Assembly (NCBI GenBank): GCA_002787405.1
Contig: PCWQ01000007.1
Location: 102,250 to 166,249 of the forward strand
Source: Candidatus Komeilibacteria bacterium CG11_big_fil_rev_8_21_14_0_20_36_20
Lineage (GTDB): Bacteria > Patescibacteriota > Patescibacteriia > UBA1558 > GWA2-36-10
DNA: 64,000 nt
Direction: 5' to 3'
Both the position numbers and the translations under genes were made by a program. The notes under the pieces are model-generated. The model was not told the origin of the DNA. It was given only the letters and a program-made list of their open reading frames with translations, and made no database searches. Positions 28,219 through 38,919 of the stretch are shown here, piece after piece. Position 1 is the first letter of the stretch. Every line of letters starts with the position of its first letter.

Positions 28219-31200
28219 TTAATAATAATCATTATTAACCCAAGGGCAAAAATTATATTCAGCATCAAAGAAGAGGACGCTGGATCCTGCGCCGCCGTCA
28301 AAACTGACTTTAAAATCAATAACATTATCGCCGCTGTATTCTTCGCAATGATTAGCATTTAGAAAACCGGTGCCAATAGGAAAATCCCAAACATAACCGT
28401 CGCCATTATCATCTGAGATTGTATAAGGGACGTCATTAAGGGTAATTTTTATAGTGTCTATTGGTATGGAACCGGCAATAGACTGATACATACCTTCTAA
28501 TTCTTGTTCCGTAGTGCCGTGATAAGCTCTTTTCTTATGATTATCATTCCATTGACAAGCAGGCCCACAGCCAGCTTGACCATCACATTCTTCAAAATTA
28601 GCATAATTATTAGAAGCGCAATAAGTATGGCCATCACTGCAAGCGCCAAAAGAAGCCTCGCAATTATCTCCAGAACAATCACAAGCACTGGAAGAAATGC
28701 CATTCATAAAAGTAATTAAACTATTAGTTGTTGTTAAAGCTACAGTAAATAAATCAATGCCTGCTGTTGTTTTTAATTCATTTGCTTTAACAATAACTGT
28801 ATTGCTGGCTGTACCACCATCACTCATAAAAATAACCAATTTATTATCATAATTAGGACCGGCATTAAAAGTGTCTAAAGCCATCTGCAAAGCATTAAGA
28901 TGATTGGTACCGCCCATATTGGCAGAATAATTATTAACAATAGTCTTTAAAATATCAACCTCACCAATGTCGCGAAAATCACTATCAAGATTAGCATTAG
29001 TGCCATAGGAAACCAAAGCAATTTCAGCTATAGGATTAAGATTAAAAATAGTATCTATGGCATTGCCATCGCCGGCAATGGCTTCTCTTAAAGCACCAAT
29101 CATGCCACCCATACTGCCTGAACGATCAGAAACAAAGACAATACCCGTAGTGGCGGCTACTCCGGTGTCAATAAAGACATCAGTTAAAATATTACCGCTG
29201 ACCCGACAAGCTGGTAAATTAATAGTCGTGCTACCTCCTGGTGGTTCAAAATATCCTGCCGGAATATTACCAAAGACTACAGGTTCAATAATAACATCGC
29301 CAGCTGGCTGGCCACCTCCATTATCCCAACAAGTCCATTGACAATCATCAGTACAAACATTATCATTGTTGTCATCAACATCATCACACTCTTCTGGCTC
29401 TCCTGCCCCAAAATGTTCCTGCCTGATACCATCACCACACCAGCCACCAGTACTGGTTAAACAAGTGTCAGCACATAGATATTGTAAATCTGGACCAGAA
29501 TTTTCTGGTGTTGGCTGATCATTATAATCACTACCATCACAATATTCTTCAAATGTATTTTGACGAATATTATCGCCACACCAGCCAGCGGCTGTTGGTG
29601 TACAGCGGGTATAAACTCCCTGATCTATCCGACGGCAACAATACTGATAATATTCACTGGAATCAGGAGGATCTGGACGATTATAACCTATATTACAATT
29701 ATTAGTATCCACGTCATAATCACAAAGTTCTTCAAATTCATATTCTAAAATGACATTGCCACAGAACTCATACGTAAAAGTACAAGCTTCTGTGCAGGCA
29801 TAGGCATTGTTACTATTAGACTCGGAAGGAGTCGGCGCTTGATAACCAAAGAAATCGCATTCTTCAGCGTCATCTACATTGCCGTCTCCACAAAAACCTT
29901 CGTATGGGTCTCCGACATCACAACTTCTTTGACAACTATTGTTACAATAAATATTGCCATCCTCAGTGCAATCCCAACCATCTAAACCGTCTGGACTGCC
30001 AGTTGGGTCGCATTCTTCAGCGAGAGGAGTCCAAGTTCCATCTAAACAAGCAGTGGCTGGTGTACCATTATTACAAATTGGTTGACAAGTAATAGCACTA
30101 CAAGTTACCGGACCATTATCAGGAGCACAGCTATATTCTACGCCATTGAAATCATCTATGTTTTCAATTCTTTCACAAAGTTCATACATGGTTTCCAAAA
30201 ATCCATCGCGACAATAGCCGCCGCATTGCTCGGGAGTCAATTGTAAATCATACCAAGTACACTCTACTAGATCACAATCCCAAAATCCGGCATTGGCTTC
30301 ACAATCTGCCTGATTATCATATTGACCATCACTACAATAACAATTTAGCGCTCCAGCCGGATAACAACCCGCTCTTTGTTCATTCCACCAATCTTCAGGC
30401 CATAAAACTTCATCGCACATGTGGTCTCTAAAGTTACCGTCGCATTCTTCTCCGCCATCCACTACTCCATTGCCGCAATCTGGATCGCCCGGAAAGCCGG
30501 GATCATTATAAGTGCTACTGTCACAATAAGCGATCAAATTAGAAGAAACGCGAGGTATAGCATTAACTCCTACTGGGAACAAATTATTGGCAAAAGTAGC
30601 ACTAATATTAGGGTCAGGATCCTGATCATATTCAAAATTACTACCAATGTCATAACTCATGCCAGCTAGTAGATTATTATAAAAATAAATTAAAGAATTA
30701 AGCGGACAAGTAAACTCTAAATTATTCTCATCCCAACAAGTATCTGGATCAGCTCCTTCAGGACAACCATTAAATAAATTGATGGGGTCTATTCCTAAGC
30801 TCATATTTAAAGACTGGCCTAAAGTTTCTTGCCAAGAAGGCCAAACGCTGGTAGATATTCCAGCTACAAAGGTACCTGCATTTAATCTTGGATAATAAGG
30901 CATACAATTTCCGTTGCCCGGACATTGACCGTCATTATCACAACTAATATTACCATTATTGTCACAAGCTTTATGTAGTTGACCATATACTTCTAATAAA
31001 TCCCTTAAATCAATTAAACCCCCCAGACGCTTGGTGTCTCTTCTTAAAGCCAAACCGCGATCATGGCACCAATCCGCATTAGGACAATCAAAATCATTGG
31101 AACAATTAAGAGTTGGATCCCAATGACAAATATTATCCTCTAAATCAAGATTGATATTTAATTTAAAATTATTTACCAATTGACTGAAAATCTCCTGCGT

Positions 31201-34200
31201 CTGTAACGAAGCGCCGATATTATAAGCTAAAATGTAGACATTGGTATAAATATGATTATCAACAACATTAGTGGCAGAAACATAAATTGTATTACCGACC
31301 TGCAAGGCCTGATAACCGTTAACTTCTAAGTACTGCCCCGATTGATTTGGATTAGGGGCATAATGCTGATACCAGCCGTTGATTGATAAATGTTCAGTAT
31401 TAGGCATAATCCTAATAGCAATAACGTCTATGGACGGCTCCTCATCAGTGGCTCTAACCGTCACAATATTGGAAAAAGCTGAATTACCTGAACCATTAAA
31501 AGCAAAAATACGATAACTATAAACCTCCCCTTCTACTACAGTATCATCCGTAAATGTATCTTGGTTGGCGCCAACTGTGCCTATTTCACCCCACAAGCCG
31601 TTGAGATTGCGTCGTTGGATACCAAAACCATCTTCATCATGAGAGATATCATTCCAGCGCAACACGACCTCTTGGCTGCTGAAACTTTCATAACGCAAAT
31701 TAGTCGGAGCAGCTGGACGACCATAATCCTGTGCGCCCTGGGCTGTATCTGACTTAAATAATCGAGCTAATTTATTCCACCAAGATTGATCTACTTCTTG
31801 CTTGGCGAAAGCTAAGCTGCCTAATCTCTGATTAGCTAAATTACTTCCCTTAAAGGTTAATTCACCATTAATTAAGAAAATATATTCTTTCAAAACGCCT
31901 TCCGGAATTGGATTAGTCTCTACTGGCGGATAAGTAATATAAGGTAAACTTTCTTCATCTCCCCTTCCAGAAGACTGACAATAATAATCGGAAAAATTAT
32001 AGTCATTCTCTGCCCAAGGAAATCCTTGCAAACTAGGCCAAGGATTTTCGCATAAGAAAAGATTAACTTGAGCGCTATCATCAGCCCAGCCCTCATCAAC
32101 TGCTGAAACTATAACATTGATCACTTCAACACCATTGTCATTAAAAGGAGTGGCTTCGATCTCCTGTAAATTATCATTCTCTAAAATTATTAAATTGTTA
32201 TTAACTGACCAAAGATGATCTAATAAATTTCCATTAAGTAAAGTACCGGCAATATCATAAGTTTGAGCTAAATAAGAATGCTGATTGCCCGCCAAACCAC
32301 CATTAACGTCATTCGGGCAGTCATCTCTAGAGCAAGTGAACCAGTCTGGATCAGGATTAATGATTGTATAATTAATCTGGCAGATATGATCACCAGTAGT
32401 AAATCGCCAAGAATAACCATCTTGACCATTAATATTGTCATTATAGGTTGTTGGATCTAAAGGCAAACCATTAGCGCTCTCTACCCGTCCGTCAACAAAG
32501 ACTAAATGCTCTGTACTAGTGGCTAGATAATCAACCGGATTAAAAATAACTTCTGTCTGATCATTAATATTATCGTTATTAGAATCAAAATCGCGGAACA
32601 TAAAGCTACCATCCACTTCAATAGTTGGCGGATCATTCTGGGCATCTCCATAAATTTTTACATAATCGCGAACACTATCTCTGTCCATTACTTCGCTAAA
32701 AGTGATGCTGATGGCCGCATTAGGGCAAAAATTCATTTGCCCATCAACTGGCAGATGATCAACCACAAAAGGATTATCATATATTGGCGGTTGTTCCTCA
32801 TTAATATCTACCGTTAAAATATCACTGCCCGGCACTGTATCACCGTCTTGAGTAACATTAACCCAAATATTAGTATTACCATTATCTACCGGCGTGGCTG
32901 GTACACTCTGGAAACCAGTATCAATGGTAGCGACATTATTATCTGTAGATGACCAATCCCAGGTACAAAACTCATTACACTCTAAGGGTTGACCTCCACA
33001 AATGCCTCTATTTGAATAAGGATAAGCTGAGTAAGCTATATTATTATAATTATGAGTAATATAATTGTCCGGCTTAACTTCCACACTCTCAAACTGACAA
33101 TTTTCATTGCCTACTGTAAATTGCCAAATATGAATATTATCTAATGAATCACCATAAAGACTCTGGACATTAGTAGTGACTGTTACTTCATAACTATGCC
33201 CCAAGACCAAAGGAGTATGTTGAATAGTAACAATTCTGTCACCGCCCTCCAAGAGAGCGCCGGTAGTAATATTATTGTTAGTATTAAGATCAACAATGTA
33301 AAAATTAGTGGTATCAACCGTAACTGGATCTAATTCAGTATTAAATTCAACTCCCACAGCCGCATTATCACAAGAATCATCGCAAAATGGCCAATAATCC
33401 ATAATTAACAAATTCGGAGCCATAATAATCGGCCTAGATATATCAGTTAAATTAAAATTAGCAATAGTTGCTCTCAACTCTACATAATTAGGAATTAAAT
33501 TTTCAGTTACTCCGTCGGCAGTCAATTCTGTGCGGCCATGATGAACATTAACATTATTAATCGGACTGATGGTGGCTTGACCAGCATTGGTCGTTAAATC
33601 CCAGTTCCAATTATATTCGTCACTGCACATATTACAATTATCTGCCTGTGGTGAAGCTGTAAAATTCCGACTCTGCCCTAAATATAAATCAGCCGCCGGA
33701 CTTTGAGGAGTGACCGCAATATTAATGACTTCGCAAACATCTGTATTATCTCGAGTTCTAAAATTCCAAAAATGATCATCCGCCGGCTGCCAAGTATCCC
33801 CACCTACCTGCGAATGAAATAAACCTAAATTCACTTGATACCAAGTATTGGGCTGCAAACTATTATCTGGGGTAAAGACTACTCCTTCATGAGAGCTATT
33901 GTGGTTTACTATTTCCAAAGAACCGTTAATGGCTGTATTACAGCCAGTATTACGATTGGTGCATTGCCAGACTCTAAAATTATTTCCACCCCCCAAATCA
34001 GCGTCAACTACATCCCGAGTAAATAGCGCCACCAAACTAATGCCAACATAAGCATCCTCTGAATTATATCCGTCTAAATCATCCGGCCAAGGTGAAGGAC
34101 TTTGCAAATCATTATTACAATTATAGTTGTAATACAAACCAAATGGTTCAGCTTCAGTTTCAATCGTCCAGGAATAAATGCACTGGTTTTGTACTGGCCC

Positions 34201-36420
34201 GCAATCCACCGCGCAATAACTGCCAGTATTACCAGGACAACAAGTCTCGCCGGGATCACAATCGCTATTATTAGAACAACTACCAACTTCAAAAACCATA
34301 CTGTTGCTATCAACGCCATTGCTGTCTACAACCTTAACCGGTCCGGTGCCAGCATTATCAGGCACGGAAGTATATAAAACTTGTTGATTATTCCAAGTTG
34401 TAAAATTAGCATTTTGATTATTATAAAAGATAACTTGGCCTTGGTTGTTGCCAAAATTATCACCAAAAAAATTAACTTCCAACCCTGCCGGTCCATTATC
34501 TGGCTCCACTAGACACAAACCAGGGCCCGGCGTACCGCCGATCACATTAAACCCATATTCATTGCTGACCGCCCCGTCACTATTTCTAATAACCGTCAAA
34601 TCATAAGTATTGAGCGGAATACTAGGCACCTTAACGACTATCCGATCCGACTGCCAAAAACTGTTGCTACATTGTGGTGGAAAATCAAAATCTCCGTCGC
34701 TGTTATCAAATTTCAACTGACCCTGTACTGAACCAAAATTAGCTCCCATCACCGTAATATATTGTCCGGTCGGACCAGCTCCCGGAGAAACTTCAGTAAT
34801 AATCGGCAAGCCTTCTTCCGGCACCAAGGCCGTAAAAGGATACGGATTACTTAATTCATTATTTAATAAATTCTCCAGTTGAACACTGGCCTCACCAATC
34901 ACATTAGGAACTTCCGCTGTGGCTTCAGTCGGCGGATTAATCACATTAGTATCATAACTAGGAATCGTACCGAAAGAAATTTCAGCGTTAGGATTATTAG
35001 GAAAATTGATACCCTCAATATTAATCACATCTTCATAATATCCGGAATCGCTACTCAAACTACAAATGCCCGGACGAGTAATGCCGTTTTCATCAAAGTC
35101 AACCGCATTACTGTAATTACCATCACTAGTTAAAACATCAACTTGCCCATCAGCTACCCCGGCGGGCAGACCGATAATAATATAATCATCATGCCAATAA
35201 TCAGCCGCGCATTGGGGATTAAAGTTAGTTGGCGGCACACCCAAGATACGGTTGTTCATCGCATCACTAAAATAAACACTGCCCACCATATCACCAAAAT
35301 TATAACCAAAAATAGTCACTAAATTACCGCCAGTACCGTTGTCTGGAGAAATATAACTGATATGCGGCATCCCACCACCACTGCCTTCACAAATATTCAA
35401 AGGCCGGCAAGAATTAGAACTACAACATAAAGAAGCGCAATCATTATTGTCATTACAAGTGACGGTAAAATAATCTGAATCCGTACCGTTAGCATTAGTG
35501 ACTATAATATTACTAGATAAAGCATTAAGATCTATATCAATATCTAATTCTGTGTCTGACCAACTATTAAAATTCAAAACCACTTGCTGCTCTCCGTTAT
35601 TCCAGCTAGTCATGGTTACTGAACCATTGTCGCTAAAACCAACGCCCTCTACGCTGACGTGTTGTAAGCCAGCTGGACCAAAATCAGGATCAAGACAAGC
35701 AACATTAAGACCGGGCAAACCATCAATAATGGTAAAATTATCCGCAATCTCACCACTAGCACGATTATCACTACTCGTTAAATTAATAACATAGCCCCCC
35801 AAAGGCAAATCAAGTACTTTGGCTTTGGCCTTATGATTATTCCAAATAGGATTGCCGCCGCAAGTAACTAGCTCCGCTACATTGCCATTAAAATCAACTT
35901 GGCCGGGTAAATCGCCAAAATGCCAACCAATGATCGTAACATAACTACCCACTGTTCCTTGTTCTGGCCTAATGTCACAAATAATAATTTCATCTGGATC
36001 AGCTGGCTCTGGACAGGTGGGAATATTAGGATCATTCTGGCCATTGCCACCCTGACCGCCGCTAGTTTCTTCCACTAAAGAACTTACAATAAACCGAGCA
36101 ATGGCATAAGCGGACAAAACAATAACTAAACCAATAACTGCGCTGATCATAATAGTCTTGGCTCTTTGAACCTTATCAACTTCACCACGAGAAGTCATCC
36201 AGATAAAACCACCGTAAAGGATTAAAATAACTGCCAGAATTCCTAAAAGGCCAAGAAAGATATTAATAATACCGGCCACAGTCTCGGCAATGGGTTTAGT
36301 ACCTAACTCTGTACTAGTTAAATCATTCACCCCAAAAGGATCAGCTTGGGCAAAAACCTTATTAACCCCAATCCAGGTCAACAAGCCAGAAACTATTAAG
36401 ATGGAAAACACTCTCCTCAT
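28219..36420 (-). CDS. Giant (2733 aa) multidomain surface protein
   Basis: A single uninterrupted ORF. Domains with approximate residue positions:
- aa 1-115: signal peptide plus two TM helices;
- aa ~140-700: repeated IPT/TIG-like modules (PIITEVSPGAGPTGQYITVMGANFG etc.);
- aa ~1568-1656: FN3;
- aa ~1975-2360: CGDG...EECD cysteine repeats;
- aa ~2420-2565: VWA with a DRSGSM MIDAS motif. Confidence 0.85.
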   Translation of the reverse strand: MRRVFSILIVSGLLTWIGVNKVFAQADPFGVNDLTSTELGTKPIAETVAGIINIFLGLLGILAVILILYGGFIWMTSRGEVDKVQRAKTIMISAVIGLVIVLSAYAIARFIVSSLVEETSGGQGGNGQNDPNIPTCPEPADPDEIIICDIRPEQGTVGSYVTIIGWHFGDLPGQVDFNGNVAELVTCGGNPIWNNHKAKAKVLDLPLGGYVINLTSSDNRASGEIADNFTIIDGLPGLNVACLDPDFGPAGLQHVSVEGVGFSDNGSVTMTSWNNGEQQVVLNFNSWSDTELDIDIDLNALSSNIIVTNANGTDSDYFTVTCNDNNDCASLCCSSNSCRPLNICEGSGGGMPHISYISPDNGTGGNLVTIFGYNFGDMVGSVYFSDAMNNRILGVPPTNFNPQCAADYWHDDYIIIGLPAGVADGQVDVLTSDGNYSNAVDFDENGITRPGICSLSSDSGYYEDVINIEGINFPNNPNAEISFGTIPSYDTNVINPPTEATAEVPNVIGEASVQLENLLNNELSNPYPFTALVPEEGLPIITEVSPGAGPTGQYITVMGANFGSVQGQLKFDNSDGDFDFPPQCSNSFWQSDRIVVKVPSIPLNTYDLTVIRNSDGAVSNEYGFNVIGGTPGPGLCLVEPDNGPAGLEVNFFGDNFGNNQGQVIFYNNQNANFTTWNNQQVLYTSVPDNAGTGPVKVVDSNGVDSNSMVFEVGSCSNNSDCDPGETCCPGNTGSYCAVDCGPVQNQCIYSWTIETEAEPFGLYYNYNCNNDLQSPSPWPDDLDGYNSEDAYVGISLVALFTRDVVDADLGGGNNFRVWQCTNRNTGCNTAINGSLEIVNHNSSHEGVVFTPDNSLQPNTWYQVNLGLFHSQVGGDTWQPADDHFWNFRTRDNTDVCEVINIAVTPQSPAADLYLGQSRNFTASPQADNCNMCSDEYNWNWDLTTNAGQATISPINNVNVHHGRTELTADGVTENLIPNYVELRATIANFNLTDISRPIIMAPNLLIMDYWPFCDDSCDNAAVGVEFNTELDPVTVDTTNFYIVDLNTNNNITTGALLEGGDRIVTIQHTPLVLGHSYEVTVTTNVQSLYGDSLDNIHIWQFTVGNENCQFESVEVKPDNYITHNYNNIAYSAYPYSNRGICGGQPLECNEFCTWDWSSTDNNVATIDTGFQSVPATPVDNGNTNIWVNVTQDGDTVPGSDILTVDINEEQPPIYDNPFVVDHLPVDGQMNFCPNAAISITFSEVMDRDSVRDYVKIYGDAQNDPPTIEVDGSFMFRDFDSNNDNINDQTEVIFNPVDYLATSTEHLVFVDGRVESANGLPLDPTTYNDNINGQDGYSWRFTTGDHICQINYTIINPDPDWFTCSRDDCPNDVNGGLAGNQHSYLAQTYDIAGTLLNGNLLDHLWSVNNNLIILENDNLQEIEATPFNDNGVEVINVIVSAVDEGWADDSAQVNLFLCENPWPSLQGFPWAENDYNFSDYYCQSSGRGDEESLPYITYPPVETNPIPEGVLKEYIFLINGELTFKGSNLANQRLGSLAFAKQEVDQSWWNKLARLFKSDTAQGAQDYGRPAAPTNLRYESFSSQEVVLRWNDISHDEDGFGIQRRNLNGLWGEIGTVGANQDTFTDDTVVEGEVYSYRIFAFNGSGNSAFSNIVTVRATDEEPSIDVIAIRIMPNTEHLSINGWYQHYAPNPNQSGQYLEVNGYQALQVGNTIYVSATNVVDNHIYTNVYILAYNIGASLQTQEIFSQLVNNFKLNINLDLEDNICHWDPTLNCSNDFDCPNADWCHDRGLALRRDTKRLGGLIDLRDLLEVYGQLHKACDNNGNISCDNDGQCPGNGNCMPYYPRLNAGTFVAGISTSVWPSWQETLGQSLNMSLGIDPINLFNGCPEGADPDTCWDENNLEFTCPLNSLIYFYNNLLAGMSYDIGSNFEYDQDPDPNISATFANNLFPVGVNAIPRVSSNLIAYCDSSTYNDPGFPGDPDCGNGVVDGGEECDGNFRDHMCDEVLWPEDWWNEQRAGCYPAGALNCYCSDGQYDNQADCEANAGFWDCDLVECTWYDLQLTPEQCGGYCRDGFLETMYELCERIENIDDFNGVEYSCAPDNGPVTCSAITCQPICNNGTPATACLDGTWTPLAEECDPTGSPDGLDGWDCTEDGNIYCNNSCQRSCDVGDPYEGFCGDGNVDDAEECDFFGYQAPTPSESNSNNAYACTEACTFTYEFCGNVILEYEFEELCDYDVDTNNCNIGYNRPDPPDSSEYYQYCCRRIDQGVYTRCTPTAAGWCGDNIRQNTFEEYCDGSDYNDQPTPENSGPDLQYLCADTCLTSTGGWCGDGIRQEHFGAGEPEECDDVDDNNDNVCTDDCQWTCWDNGGGQPAGDVIIEPVVFGNIPAGYFEPPGGSTTINLPACRVSGNILTDVFIDTGVAATTGIVFVSDRSGSMGGMIGALREAIAGDGNAIDTIFNLNPIAEIALVSYGTNANLDSDFRDIGEVDILKTIVNNYSANMGGTNHLNALQMALDTFNAGPNYDNKLVIFMSDGGTASNTVIVKANELKTTAGIDLFTVALTTTNSLITFMNGISSSACDCSGDNCEASFGACSDGHTYCASNNYANFEECDGQAGCGPACQWNDNHKKRAYHGTTEQELEGMYQSIAGSIPIDTIKITLNDVPYTISDDNGDGYVWDFPIGTGFLNANHCEEYSGDNVIDFKVSFDGGAGSSVLFFDAEYNFCPWVNNDYY
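28726..29163 (-). other. von Willebrand factor A domain within the giant protein
   Basis: The MIDAS residues are present: DRSGSM...GGTN...MSDGG. Confidence 0.6.
31453..31719 (-). other. Fibronectin type III domain within the giant protein
   Basis: APTNLRYESFSSQEVVLRWND...GEVYSYRIFAFNGSGNSAFSNIVTV has the classic FN3 W/Y/AFN pattern. Confidence 0.6.
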
Positions 36421-36455
36421 TGTGTTTTGTATATTTTATTTATTCTTATTTAAAA

Positions 36456-38021
36456 TTAAACATCTGGACCTTCACATCTGGTGCCGGCTGCGCAAGGCTG
36501 AGTTGGATCCTGATCACAAGCACAGGAACCGCCCGGATCATCACAAACGCAAGGATACCAGCAATTTTGCAAAATATCCTGAATGCCGGAGGAAAAAGTA
36601 GGTGTATATTGGGTTAAAGGATCAAAACGATCATGTCTGACGCTGACGGTATTATTGTCAACCACTCTCAACCAATAATTAACCGGCAGATTAGGAACCT
36701 TAACTAAATTTATATGCTCACTGTTTACTGAGCTAGATAATAAATTTTTACTAAAAACTGCTTCTATCGGATCATCTAAAGACAAATCCGCTCCTGAATC
36801 CATAGATATAATATAAGGAGGAGTCAAATCAATGGTGTCGTTGGTGCCAAATGACCAAATATAATTATTAGCTAAACTATTACCAGCCATATCCTCAATG
36901 GCAGTAGTCACTGTTCCTGTTAAATTTTCATTACCTGGCAAACAATAAACATCACCACCACAAGAATTAACGCCACATAATTCATCAGTAATAAACTCTA
37001 CGGTGCGATATTGATTAGAAATTAGATAAGAACCATTTAAAATATTAGCCCCCGCCAACGTAATATTCTGAAAAGGAGGATAAACACCAGCCGCGAATAT
37101 TGGATTAACGGCTTCAGAAAAATTCATCTGCACTGCACTATTGCGCGGATTATTAGTAGAACCATCAACTGGTAAAACTGAAGTTACTTCTGGTGGTATT
37201 AAATCAAGTTCATTATTAACTGTAAAATACCAATCATAAAATCCAGTAAATGGAAAGGCTGGCTGACCATTGCCGGTTTCTAAATTAATCAAAACTGCTT
37301 GATATCTCATACTGCCGCCAGCATTGCCTAAATGATTATTAGGATCGTTGCCATAAGGATTTATTTCAAAAACCTGATGGTTAGCATCATATTGGACCAT
37401 TAAATCAGCACCGAGGATCACATTATCGTCTTCATCAATTAATTGAATATAGCTATCATCAATACATTCAGTGTAATTTGGATTACAACCATTGGTAGTA
37501 ACAAAATTCAGATTCATTGGCTCGTTAAAAGTAATATAAATATTAGTATTGCGCGGTATATCAGTGGCATTTCTAGCTGGATAATGATTTTCTAACACGC
37601 CGCCACCCATCCCTTGGCCACCATGGTATTGACCGCCTCCTCCTCCTCCACCAAAGAAAGCATTACCGCTTTCCCGTAAAAGAAAACGGGCAATGGCATA
37701 GGCCGATAGAATAATTACTAAACCAATCACTCCGTTGATAATAATTCTTTTAGCTCGATCAATTTTATCAGCGCTGCCCTGAGAAGTCATCCAGATAAAA
37801 CCACCATAAAGAATAATTAAGGTAGCTAAAATACCTAAAAAGCCAAGAAAGATATTAATAATACCAGCAATTGTATCCGTTAAATCCTTGGTTCCTAGGA
37901 CAGTATTATTTAACTCATTGACGCCAAAAGGATCGCTTTGCGCCATAACAATATCAGGAAACAAAAAAATAACTGCCAAAAAAATAATAAACAGGACAGT
38001 TATTTTCTTATTAATTAGCAT
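36456..38021 (-). CDS. Surface protein sharing the giant protein's N-terminal anchor module
   Basis: 521 aa. Residues 1-125 are paralogous to the giant N-terminus (SDPFGVNEL...IAGIINIFLGFLGILA...YGGFIWMTS...AKR...LSAYAIARF). A poly-Gly linker follows, and the tail is Cys-rich. Confidence 0.75.
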   Translation of the reverse strand: MLINKKITVLFIIFLAVIFLFPDIVMAQSDPFGVNELNNTVLGTKDLTDTIAGIINIFLGFLGILATLIILYGGFIWMTSQGSADKIDRAKRIIINGVIGLVIILSAYAIARFLLRESGNAFFGGGGGGGQYHGGQGMGGGVLENHYPARNATDIPRNTNIYITFNEPMNLNFVTTNGCNPNYTECIDDSYIQLIDEDDNVILGADLMVQYDANHQVFEINPYGNDPNNHLGNAGGSMRYQAVLINLETGNGQPAFPFTGFYDWYFTVNNELDLIPPEVTSVLPVDGSTNNPRNSAVQMNFSEAVNPIFAAGVYPPFQNITLAGANILNGSYLISNQYRTVEFITDELCGVNSCGGDVYCLPGNENLTGTVTTAIEDMAGNSLANNYIWSFGTNDTIDLTPPYIISMDSGADLSLDDPIEAVFSKNLLSSSVNSEHINLVKVPNLPVNYWLRVVDNNTVSVRHDRFDPLTQYTPTFSSGIQDILQNCWYPCVCDDPGGSCACDQDPTQPCAAGTRCEGPDV

Positions 38022-38053
38022 GGGAAATTAATTAATATTTAACTTATCTAAAA

Positions 38054-38494
38054 TTAAGTACTCAGCTTTGCCTTGACTAATTGCTGAACCGTCTTACCAT
38101 CGGCTTTACCTTCAGTTCTAGACATCACCTCTTTCATTACTTGCCCAAAATTATCATAGCCAGCGGCAATAACTTGATCAATAATATTTTCCAAAGCATC
38201 TTCAGATATCATAGCCGGTAAGTAAATAGATAGAATATCCATCTCTCTTTGCTCCTTTTCAGCCAACTCTGGACGATTACCTTGTTGGAAAGCCTCAATG
38301 GAATCTCGCCTTCTTTTAACCTCCTGACGAATAATAGCTATGACTTGATCATCACTTAATTCTTCCTTACTCTTAAGCTCAATATTTTTATTATGCAAAG
38401 CACTTTTTAATAAACGCAAAGTATTCAATTTTCCCTGATGTTTATCTTTTAAAGCAGTTTGTAAATCCTTCTCAATATTTTTTTGTAAAGACAT
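38054..38494 (-). CDS. yqeY: GatB/YqeY domain protein
   Basis: 146 aa with the YqeY-like helical pattern. Confidence 0.75.
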   Translation of the reverse strand: MSLQKNIEKDLQTALKDKHQGKLNTLRLLKSALHNKNIELKSKEELSDDQVIAIIRQEVKRRRDSIEAFQQGNRPELAEKEQREMDILSIYLPAMISEDALENIIDQVIAAGYDNFGQVMKEVMSRTEGKADGKTVQQLVKAKLST

Positions 38495-38557
38495 AGAATA
38501 AAATACTCATTAGATCCTTGCTCATCACCACTGTGATTAGCAAGAGCTAAAGATTAT

Positions 38558-38812
38558 TTAGCGTTTTTTGTTACGTTTCAAAGCTAATTCGTCAAATTTA
38601 CCTATTTTCTTCAAATAATCAATACGAGTGTTGATTTTCTTTGAACGCAGAGCGCTGTCTTTTAATTCTCTCGTACTTTTTCCTTTACTGAAAAATCTTA
38701 TTTTTTTAGCTTGTAAAATTTTTCCACTCTGGATTGTTTTTTTAGTGAATCTGCGGATCATGCTTTCAAAAGACTCATTGTCTTTTCTCCTGACTTCCAA
38801 CAAACAAACCAC
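38558..38812 (-). CDS. rpsU: 30S ribosomal protein S21 (with C-terminal basic extension)
   Basis: VRRKDNESFESMIRRFTKK matches the S21 N-terminus. Confidence 0.65.
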   Translation of the reverse strand: MVCLLEVRRKDNESFESMIRRFTKKTIQSGKILQAKKIRFFSKGKSTRELKDSALRSKKINTRIDYLKKIGKFDELALKRNKKR

Positions 38813-38919
38813 CTCCCTTTCTTTAAAATTATTTTAATTAAAAATGATTAACAGAATAATGCTAAACTGCAACTATTCTTACTAATATAATGACAAATTT
38901 TCTACTAAAAGTCAAGGGA

